DNA of 28,040 bases from a virus (lineage: Duplodnaviria; Caudoviricetes), in the IMG/VR virus record IMGVR_UViG_3300016476_001549, positions 1 through 28,040 of that record. One strand, 5' to 3'. The notes under the pieces were generated by a model, which saw only the letters and a list, made by a program, of their open reading frames with translations, was not told the origin of the DNA and made no database searches. Of the stretch, positions 1-6,323 are shown in pieces. The position numbers and the translations under genes are program-made. Position 1 is the first letter of the stretch, and each line of letters starts with the position of its first letter.

Positions 1-455
1 ACATCAATATTAACTAATTTATTTTGATGTGGGCTTAGCCCTTTTCTCTTTAACTCTTCAATTGTAATAGGAGTCATTACACCTGAAAGTAATTCTTCTA
101 AATAAATACCAATCTCAGCAAGTCTTTCTACTTCACCCCAAATTTTATTAAATATATTTTCTTGTTTTGCTTCTTTTAATCTCTTTTTATCTTCTTTTAT
201 ATCTCCAGTTCTAGTAATTATTTTTCTTTTAGAAGCAACAAATTCTCTTGAAAATATATAATGAACTCCATCTTTTTTTAGCTCATCATAAAAACAAATT
301 GTTGAAACATAACAAAGAGTTGATGCATTTACCTCATCCGAATCACACCCTACATATATACTAACGTTAGGGTTTTTTAGAACATATTCTAGAACATACT
401 CACTTAAGTCTTCGATAAAATCTCCGCCCAATTTTTTAAACCTCCTTTTTTCCAT
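1..455 (-). CDS. RNase H-like YkuK/DUF458 family protein (3' end runs off the window)
   Basis: Manual translation from ATG at 455: MEKRRFKKLGGDFIEDLSEYVLEYVLKNPNVSIYVGCDS...KIWGEVERLAEIG...VNIDV. The IYVGCDS, ExE and IDV motifs fit DUF458. Not in the ORF track. Confidence 0.75.
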   Translation of the reverse strand, partial: MEKRRFKKLGGDFIEDLSEYVLEYVLKNPNVSIYVGCDSDEVNASTLCYVSTICFYDELKKDGVHYIFSREFVASKRKIITRTGDIKEDKKRLKEAKQENIFNKIWGEVERLAEIGIYLEELLSGVMTPITIEELKRKGLSPHQNKLVNID

Positions 456-490
456 CGCTCACTTTTATTATAAATATAAATTTTTTTTAG

Positions 491-576
491 TAGCTGAGAT
501 GGGGGTCGAACCCACACGAACATTACTGTTCACTAGATTTTAAGTCTAGCATGTATACCAATTTCATCACTCAGCC
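491..576 (-). tRNA. trnL: tRNA-Leu(UAA)
   Basis: Acceptor GGCTGAG/CTCAGCT; anticodon arm CTAGA-CT TAA AA-TCTAG; long variable arm; T-arm GTGGG TTCGACC CCCAT. Confidence 0.95.
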
Positions 577-582
577 ATAAAC

Positions 583-613
583 AAAAAAACCCAAACATTA
601 CTGCTTGGGTTTT
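583..613 (-). terminator. Intrinsic terminator (attenuator 1) directly upstream of tRNA-Leu
   Basis: Minus strand AAACCCAAGCA-GTAA-TGTTTGGGTTTTTTT. Confidence 0.85.
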
Positions 614-637
614 AAAACAAAATTATGACAATAATTA

Positions 638-739
638 TTAACCCAAACTCAATCGAAAATCTAACAATAGAGATTCAGCACCACAAGATAATCCTGTCGA
701 ACATAAACCATAAACCATATTATTAACTTTCATTTTCAT
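638..739 (-). CDS. Putative leader peptide 1, 33 aa, Leu/Ser/Gly/Cys-rich
   Basis: MKMKVNNMVYGLCSTGLSCGAESLLLDFRLSLG*. It has 7 Leu (6 UUA/UUG), and its 3' end GTTTGGGTT is complementary to the terminator 5' arm. Confidence 0.75.
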   Translation of the reverse strand: MKMKVNNMVYGLCSTGLSCGAESLLLDFRLSLG

Positions 740-746
740 TTGTATG

Positions 747-778
747 CAAATTTATTAATTTTTTATTTAAAAATCAAA
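747..778 (-). promoter_or_regulatory. Bacteroidota primary-sigma promoter for leader 1
   Basis: Minus strand TTTG-N20-TAAATTTG matches the -33/-7 consensus TTTG/TAnnTTTG. Confidence 0.7.
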
Positions 779-795
779 TTTTTTTATTTAATTAG

Positions 796-871
796 TAGAG
801 AAGGTGGGATTTGAACCCACGTGAACCAACTACCCTTTCTACACCTTATAAGAGTGAGGGGATACTTCTCC
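796..871 (-). tRNA. Atypical tRNA-Ile(UAU)-like RNA lacking a normal D-arm
   Basis: Acceptor GGAGAAG/CTTCTCT-A and T-arm GTGGG TTCAAAT CCCAC are canonical. Loop CT TAT AA sits on CACT/GGTG. It neighbours tRNA-Ile(GAU). Confidence 0.6.
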
Positions 872-982
872 ATGTGTATGTCTATTTCACCTTCCATTTT
901 ATTTATTTTAATTCTTTCATAGGCGTAATATGCTTTGCGGTAATTACACTCTGTCCAAAAACGTTCGCAACCTACTTATTTG

Positions 983-1057
983 TAGTCATACCCAGGCTCG
1001 AACTGGGGGCCTCTGACGTATCAGATCAGTGCTCTAAACCAACTGAGCTATATGACT
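983..1057 (-). tRNA. trnI: tRNA-Ile(GAU)
   Basis: Acceptor AGTCATA/TATGACT; anticodon arm CTGAT-CT GAT AC-GTCAG; canonical D and T arms. Confidence 0.95.
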
Positions 1058-1063
1058 ATTTTT

Positions 1064-1136
1064 GTAGTGATGGCGGAATGCGCTTTCGTGCCTAACTCAT
1101 CAGACTGGTGACTAAACCAATCATTCACATCACTAT
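1064..1136 (-). ncRNA. Hammerhead-like structured RNA (core present, cleavage triplet non-canonical)
   Basis: Closing helix TAGTGATG/CATCACTA; hairpin ATTGGT/ACCAGT; then CTGATGA-GT TAGGC AC-GAAA. Confidence 0.45.
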
Positions 1137-1141
1137 ATTTG

Positions 1142-1213
1142 TGAGCATAGGGAATTTCGAAATCCCGATCCTCTATTTAAGAGACAACTGCTCTTTCTCT
1201 AAGCTACAAACGC
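1142..1213 (-). pseudogene. Degenerate or chimeric tRNA-Lys(CUU)
   Basis: D and T arms and loop CT CTT AA are recognisable. Acceptor (GCGTTTG/TATGCTC) and anticodon (GTTGT/ATAGA) stems are mispaired. Confidence 0.7.
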
Positions 1214-1215
1214 AT

Positions 1216-1860
1216 TTAATTTTTAATTTCTTTTATTAATCTATTACATCTTTTATAATTACCACCTTTTGGGGTTAACCCTATATCTATTAAAGCTTGA
1301 CGTATATTAAAATTATGTTCTATAATTTTATAAACTAACTCTTCATCTGTTACTTTATTCTTTTTTTTACTTTTATTTCTACCTCTCCATGTTTCAGTTA
1401 TACTATGACAGTTAGGGCATAAACACTCTAAATTTTCTCTTGAATTGTTTAAATTATTTCCGTCTTTATGTTCTAACTCTAGTGATATTTTTTTACCTAA
1501 CCAAGAATCAATTCCACATTCTAAATTATTACACCTACCATTTTGTTCTAAAATAATTCTTTTTCTTAATCTTTCAAAGCTTAAATTTTTATATTCTTCA
1601 TTTAAAATCTTTTCATTAGCTTCTTTATTTTTTTTTAAAGCATTATTCTTCCATTTTTTTATTAAATCACTATCATCTTTCAATCTTAAGCTTAAATTAA
1701 TTCCAGCTTCTTTAACTTTATTAGATAATTTAGCTGATATCCTTTTTTTTTCTTTATCAACTTCATCCCAATCTCTACTATTTCTACAAGACAAAGAACA
1801 AAAATTAATCAAACCTTTAGACGGAATAAAATCTAATTCACATTTTTTACACTTTTTCAT
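1216..1860 (-). CDS. HNH homing endonuclease with N-terminal Cys/zinc motif, free-standing in the tRNA array
   Basis: HNH motif LELEHKDGNNLNNSRENLECLCPNCHS. Start placed at MKKCKKC (1860) because the longer ORF overlaps a tRNA. Confidence 0.9.
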   Translation of the reverse strand: MKKCKKCELDFIPSKGLINFCSLSCRNSRDWDEVDKEKKRISAKLSNKVKEAGINLSLRLKDDSDLIKKWKNNALKKNKEANEKILNEEYKNLSFERLRKRIILEQNGRCNNLECGIDSWLGKKISLELEHKDGNNLNNSRENLECLCPNCHSITETWRGRNKSKKKNKVTDEELVYKIIEHNFNIRQALIDIGLTPKGGNYKRCNRLIKEIKN

Positions 1861-1917
1861 ATTCGAACCTATTTTAATTTTAAATATATAAAAAAAGTTA
1901 AAATATTTCAAATTTTG

Positions 1918-2006
1918 TGTATCCAGCAGGATTCGAACCTGCGACGGAGTCATTAACTCTCCTCATTAAAAGTGAGGTGCTGTCGGCCAACTAAGCGAAT
2001 GGATAC
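1918..2006 (-). tRNA. trnK: tRNA-Lys(UUU) with an atypical long variable arm
   Basis: Acceptor GTATCCA/TGGATAC-A; CCTCA-CT TTT AA-TGAGG; variable hairpin GAGT TAATG ACTC; T-arm GCAGG TTCGAAT CCTGC. Confidence 0.85.
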
Positions 2007-2016
2007 ATTTAAATTG

Positions 2017-2088
2017 TAGGCCCAGCGGGAGTCGAACCCGATTCCATAGATTAAAAGTCTATTGCATCACCGCCAATGCTTTGAGCCC
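2017..2088 (-). tRNA. trnK: tRNA-Lys(UUU)
   Basis: Acceptor GGGCTCA/TGGGCCT; ATAGA-CT TTT AA-TCTAT; T-loop TTCGACT; A at position 8. Confidence 0.9.
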
Positions 2089-2220
2089 ATATTTAGTCAT
2101 TAAGGCTCGCAACTATGCGTCTATGCAAACCTCTTAACGTTTCTTATATTTCATTTTCTTTTTCATTTTATTCATTTTTATTAACATAGACAAATTACCT
2201 GTCTATGTGTCTATGTTTAG

Positions 2221-2293
2221 AGCTGAAGATGGGGTTCGAACCCACAACCTACTGATTACAAATCAGTTGCACAACCAGTCGTGCTCCATCAGC
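2221..2293 (-). tRNA. trnT: tRNA-Thr(UGU)
   Basis: ACTGA-TT TGT AA-TCAGT; acceptor GCTGATG/CTTCAGC; discriminator U. Confidence 0.92.
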
Positions 2294-2303
2294 ATTTTAT
2301 TTG

Positions 2304-2376
2304 AGCCATAAGTCTGAATCGAACAGACGACCTCTTCCTTACCACGGAAGCGCTCTACCAACTGAGCTATAACGGC
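2304..2376 (-). tRNA. trnT: tRNA-Thr(GGU)
   Basis: CTTCC-GT GGT AA-GGAAG; D-arm GCTC AGTTGGTA GAGC; discriminator U. Confidence 0.92.
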
Positions 2377-2382
2377 ATTTTG

Positions 2383-2457
2383 GGTGTATAATCGGGATTG
2401 AACCGATGACCTCTAGAACCACAATCTAGCACTCTAACCAACTGAGCTATATACACC
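2383..2457 (-). tRNA. trnH: tRNA-His(GUG)
   Basis: CTAGA-TT GTG GT-TCTAG; encoded G-1 and C73. Confidence 0.95.
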
Positions 2458-2463
2458 ATATAA

Positions 2464-2613
2464 ATTGTCTAAATTGGAAACCTTACAAGCAAAAACGTGC
2501 TCTACCAACTGAGCTATACGCTTTTCACTAGGATACACGCAGCAGGACTCGAACCTGCGACCACGGCTTTAACAGAGCTAGAAGTAGCGTTGCAAATAGC
2601 CAATTTAGACAAT
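2464..2613 (-). ncRNA. YrlA-like bacterial Y RNA (permuted tRNA-like domain)
   Basis: 14-bp terminal helix ATTGTCTAAATTGG/CCAATTTAGACAAT. Inside, a T-arm (GCAGG TTCGAGT CCTGC) precedes a loop-closed acceptor-like stem and then a D-arm (GCTC AGTTGGTA GAGC). Confidence 0.8.
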
Positions 2614-2645
2614 AATTTAATTCAAAGAACGTTTTCTTTTTCTTG

Positions 2646-2720
2646 CTGAGATGGAGGGACTCGAACCCACTCTCCTCGGCTTAACAGGCCGTAGCTATAT
2701 ACCACTTAAGCTTCATCTCA
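2646..2720 (-). tRNA. trnN: tRNA-Asn(GUU)
   Basis: Acceptor TGAGATG/CATCTCA-G; CGGC-CT GTT AA-GCCG. Confidence 0.88.
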
Positions 2721-2727
2721 ATTTTTG

Positions 2728-2799
2728 CTCTCCAGGGGAATTTCGAAATCCCGACATTTCGATTAACAGTCGAATGCTCTGCCTCTGAGCTACTGGAGA
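2728..2799 (-). tRNA. trnN: tRNA-Asn(GUU)
   Basis: Acceptor TCTCCAG/CTGGAGA-G; TTCGA-CT GTT AA-TCGAA. Confidence 0.93.
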
Positions 2800-2858
2800 A
2801 TATATTTCAATCTTTTCCTTTCGGAAGGCTTTGGACGTTTCCACAAACCTTTGAGCAT

Positions 2859-2887
2859 AAAAAAAGCCCGACATTTTTGTCGAGCTT
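2859..2887 (-). terminator. Intrinsic terminator (attenuator 2) upstream of tRNA array 1
   Basis: Minus strand AAGCTCGACA-AAAA-TGTCGGGCTTTTTTT. Confidence 0.85.
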
Positions 2888-2913
2888 CTGTATATCTTTT
2901 TGTATTTTCTAAA

Positions 2914-3018
2914 TTAAACTAATTCATCTATACCGTTTATACATAGCCCGACCATTCGAATGTGCTTTTTATTGCAAATCGTATTATTAATCGTTATATG
3001 TAAATTTAAACCGTACAT
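2914..3018 (-). CDS. Putative leader peptide 2, 34 aa, Asn/His/Thr/Lys/Ile-rich
   Basis: MYGLNLHITINNTICNKKHIRMVGLCINGIDELV*. It contains the antiterminator GTCGGGCTATGTATA. Confidence 0.8.
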   Translation of the reverse strand: MYGLNLHITINNTICNKKHIRMVGLCINGIDELV

Positions 3019-3029
3019 TTTGTTTTATC

Positions 3030-3101
3030 TTAAATAGTTAAAAAAATTGTTTTTCTTTTATTTATACGTACAAAAGTATAAAAAGTTACATAAAAAACAA
3101 A
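3030..3101 (-). promoter_or_regulatory. Composite promoter cassette for tRNA array 1
   Basis: TTTG-N19-TACTTTTG (host type) overlaps TGTAAC-N16-CGTAT (ECF-like), followed by TATTTAA. A near-identical copy lies at 16818-16889. Confidence 0.75.
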
Positions 3102-3146
3102 ACTTTTTTTTAAAAAAATGAAAATTATTTTTTAAAATGCTGATAA

Positions 3147-3560
3147 TTAAATAGTTATATTTTTAATTTTTATTATACCTAAATATTTTTTTCTCTCCTT
3201 ATTCAGCATATAAGGAGTTAGATCAAGAGTTTTTATAAATTCTGAAGATTCAATTTTATCATTATATATGCAAATATCTTCTAAATGCATGTTTTTATCA
3301 AACTCAATCTGATATCTTCCGCCGAGTGTGTTATCATCACTATTATAATATTCATTTTTTAAGAAAATATTTTTGTGTTTAGGATTTACCATTATTTTAT
3401 TAGATCCCCCACGTAATGTTTTCTTGTGTATAGATGCAGATACTTGATTTATTTTTGTCATTATACCACAATCAACTAAACCAGGTAGCTCGCTCACTCT
3501 AACCCACTCTTTATAATCCCACTCAACAATGGTGTTGCACTCTTCTTCTGTGAAAATCAT
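3147..3560 (-). CDS. Hypothetical protein
   Basis: 137-aa ORF with a 4-nt ATGA overlap with the upstream gene. Confidence 0.75.
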   Translation of the reverse strand: MIFTEEECNTIVEWDYKEWVRVSELPGLVDCGIMTKINQVSASIHKKTLRGGSNKIMVNPKHKNIFLKNEYYNSDDNTLGGRYQIEFDKNMHLEDICIYNDKIESSEFIKTLDLTPYMLNKERKKYLGIIKIKNITI

Positions 3561-4282
3561 TTCTTAAGCTTTACATTACAAGCTTTTTCAAGCATTTCAT
3601 ATTGTTTAATAACATCACTCCATCTATCTTTATACATTTTTTTGCCCCAATCTGTGTTAAATGTAGCTGACTCAAGAAATTTCCTTTGAGGTTGTATAAA
3701 ATCCAAGAAGTCCATTTTAAGCTCACTAGATAACCCTGCTATATTTTGTTGAATCCAATTGTATTCATAAACCTGCATTAAATCAGCATCTCTAATTATA
3801 CTCTGTCTTAAATCCAAATCTTTACTTTCTATTACATATGGATATTGTGTAGCGTCTAATAACTTATTCACATAATCTAAATCAACATCAATTTCTTCTT
3901 GTTTGGTAAATTTTTTAATTGCGTTTTTAGAGTTTTGAACATTTACATCATCTTTTTCTTTTCCAATTGTATGATTTACATCGTGAAATATAGCTGAAAT
4001 TAATAATTCTTTTAATTCTTTCTCATTTTTAATACCTTCTGATACTGCACCTAAATAAGAATATTTAAGAACAGTCAATAAGTGATTTAAATTATGATAA
4101 GGGCCGTTATTTGAACTATTATTAAGTATTATATGCTTAAATGCTTTTTGCAAATATTCGTATTTATCTATTATTTCAATAGCTTCCAATGGTTTGCCCT
4201 TCTTTTTTTTGATAGTTGATGCCTCGGCGAGATTAGAGCGTAGTGTTCCTGCCAAAATATTCATCCTTTCTGCTTTATCCAT
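3557..4282 (-). CDS. HD-domain metal-dependent phosphohydrolase (PDEase-like)
   Basis: Motifs PYHNLNH, FHDVNH and IIRDADL. Confidence 0.85.
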   Translation of the reverse strand: MDKAERMNILAGTLRSNLAEASTIKKKKGKPLEAIEIIDKYEYLQKAFKHIILNNSSNNGPYHNLNHLLTVLKYSYLGAVSEGIKNEKELKELLISAIFHDVNHTIGKEKDDVNVQNSKNAIKKFTKQEEIDVDLDYVNKLLDATQYPYVIESKDLDLRQSIIRDADLMQVYEYNWIQQNIAGLSSELKMDFLDFIQPQRKFLESATFNTDWGKKMYKDRWSDVIKQYEMLEKACNVKLKK

Positions 4283-4333
4283 AAAAAATTTTTAAATAAA
4301 CATAAAGAAAAAATATTTTATTTCAAACACTTT

Positions 4334-5398
4334 TTAAATTGCTCCATTTTTAGCAAAATTAAAGCCTATATTTATTGCGTCTGCAACAGTTCCGTATGCA
4401 AAGTCCCCTTCTCCTCCAACAACTTCTCTTACTTTATCCATCATAATAGGTTCACTTTGAGATGTAGGATCACCTGGAAAGAATGTCCAAACAACTAATT
4501 TATTTGGATTATCTTTTGATGGTCCTAAAATTAACGTTGTGTGGTCTACCACAAGACTACGTTGTGGAATTTCCGCAACCACTTCCACACCCATAGAAGC
4601 TCCTTTGTGCGCAGGCTGAAACCTAACTCTTAAATCTGATGGCAACAACTTTAATTCTGCTATACCCAACTTTCCTGGAATATCTGCTTTATATGCTATT
4701 GCTGGACTTGTAATGTTTGGATGATTATAAGGTTTCCAATCAGCAATCTTTAAATCATCAACAGAAATAGGTGTTAAAAATGTGCTTCCAGCTGATTGTG
4801 AGCTTGGGTTTCTTTGTTCCAAACTTTTCTTCATGTATTCAGAATCTGTATTATCTATAGCATTTACAGCAACTAATTTAGCTTCCTCAGGATATGCTTC
4901 TTTAAAAATAGACTTAAAACTTTCTTTAATAATGTTTTTTAAGCTTTTTGTAGATTCATCGAATTTGTATTTCTCAGGCTCAATTATATGACCAAGAAAA
5001 GTATCATAGTCATCATACAAAGTATTTACTGTCTCAATAAGAGCATTTTTCATTTTTCCTTCACCAACTTCTTCAAGTTGTTTTTCGTACTCACCAGCCA
5101 ACTCTTTTATCATAACCCCATATTTGCGTATGTTTGACCCCCATACACTTTTCCATGCTTCTTTTTCTTGGTCTGTTAGGTCATCCCAATTTACGTCATC
5201 TCCTAAAGTTTTTGATGGTCTGCTTCTTAAGAATTTAGACACATTTTTTTTACGATATAATGAATATTCATGAGCAGCTTGGTCTCTAGTTGAATAGATG
5301 TCTGAAATTCTATTTAAAATATTATTATCAAATAATTCCTTGATTTCCTCTCTAAACTTTGCAATATCTGCGTCTGTCAATTCGTAGTTTAGTTCCAT
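4334..5398 (-). CDS. Hypothetical phage protein
   Basis: 354-aa ORF with an internal LKNIIKES motif. Confidence 0.8.
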   Translation of the reverse strand: MELNYELTDADIAKFREEIKELFDNNILNRISDIYSTRDQAAHEYSLYRKKNVSKFLRSRPSKTLGDDVNWDDLTDQEKEAWKSVWGSNIRKYGVMIKELAGEYEKQLEEVGEGKMKNALIETVNTLYDDYDTFLGHIIEPEKYKFDESTKSLKNIIKESFKSIFKEAYPEEAKLVAVNAIDNTDSEYMKKSLEQRNPSSQSAGSTFLTPISVDDLKIADWKPYNHPNITSPAIAYKADIPGKLGIAELKLLPSDLRVRFQPAHKGASMGVEVVAEIPQRSLVVDHTTLILGPSKDNPNKLVVWTFFPGDPTSQSEPIMMDKVREVVGGEGDFAYGTVADAINIGFNFAKNGAI

Positions 5399-5413
5399 TT
5401 TTGTTTTTTATAT

Positions 5414-5725
5414 TTAATTACATCTATACCAATTAGACCAATAGCAAGACCAAGCATATCCTTCATACCATTGGGTATACCATCCATTTGGCCCCCAAAA
5501 ATACACATATCCTGATCTATATTCTCTATACCAGGTTGTATTTCTGCACATTCTTTGGTACATTGCATTTCCAAAAAAATCATAACCCATAAACACATCT
5601 TGCCATTCAGTCCAAGATTGACCCTGATATTGATACCAATTTTCAGTTTTCCAACCACTTTGAGCTATTGTTTTACTCAAAAAACAAAGCGTAAATAATA
5701 ATGATAATATAATTTTTTTAATCAT
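5414..5725 (-). CDS. Small exported Trp/Tyr-rich protein
   Basis: Signal peptide MIKKIILSLLFTLCFLSKTIA-Q; aromatic-rich mature part. Confidence 0.75.
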   Translation of the reverse strand: MIKKIILSLLFTLCFLSKTIAQSGWKTENWYQYQGQSWTEWQDVFMGYDFFGNAMYQRMCRNTTWYREYRSGYVYFWGPNGWYTQWYEGYAWSCYWSNWYRCN

Positions 5726-5742
5726 ATTTTATAGTTTTAATT

Positions 5743-6315
5743 TTAAAAATGCAATTTGTTATCGTCTCCTATATATAAATATTTTTCTTTCAATGAACGT
5801 GCTGCATCCATTAATTTTTTTTCATTATCATCATCATATGAATGATCAAAGAATCCAGAGCCATGACCATTTCTAGTCAACCAAATATCCATACCAAGTC
5901 TAAACAAACCTTGGTCTTCTATCGCTTCTTCTACAGCTTCTTTTCCTGCTAAACTGATAAACTTTTTTATATCTAAGTAAGAATCTATTTTTGAGTCCTC
6001 ATCTAAACCTTGAGAGATAAAACTTTCAAAAGGCAATCTTTCAAATTGATTTTTTAGTCTTATCAATTTATCTATTTCACTTTCGTCCTCATCTTCTTCG
6101 TCTTCATTGTATTCATCTTCATCATATGAAGATTCCTCATAATCTTCCCTTAACCTTTCTTCTTCAGTCCAAATGGCTGCCTCTAAATAACCTTTAAGTA
6201 TTTCATTTAATTCCTCTTGAGTCAAATCTAAACCTTGAGCAACTTCTATTTCTTTCATTAAAGAATTATAGTTTTCTGCGATTGTTTTTCTAATTATTTT
6301 TCTGATATTTTTCAT
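5743..6315 (-). CDS. Acidic phage protein, possibly virion-internal
   Basis: N-terminus IRKIIRKTIAE; C-terminal DIWLTRNGHGSGFFD segment. Confidence 0.8.
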   Translation of the reverse strand: MKNIRKIIRKTIAENYNSLMKEIEVAQGLDLTQEELNEILKGYLEAAIWTEEERLREDYEESSYDEDEYNEDEEDEDESEIDKLIRLKNQFERLPFESFISQGLDEDSKIDSYLDIKKFISLAGKEAVEEAIEDQGLFRLGMDIWLTRNGHGSGFFDHSYDDDNEKKLMDAARSLKEKYLYIGDDNKLHF

Positions 6316-6323
6316 ACATATTA

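Noticed and set aside
811-1095. 94-aa plus-strand ORF
   Set aside because: Antisense to two tRNA genes, with a non-ATG start and no protein features.
1445-1891. Plus-strand ORF, and similar shadow ORFs at 4782, 7154, 9428, 11346, 13100, 17610, 23259 and 27048
   Set aside because: They lie antisense within better-supported genes.
1142-2006. HNH gene inside a group I intron splitting a tRNA
   Set aside because: Both flanking tRNAs are full length, and there is no room for an intron core.
5389-5658. 89-aa minus-strand ORF
   Set aside because: Alternative frame overlapping the signal-peptide gene at 5414-5725.
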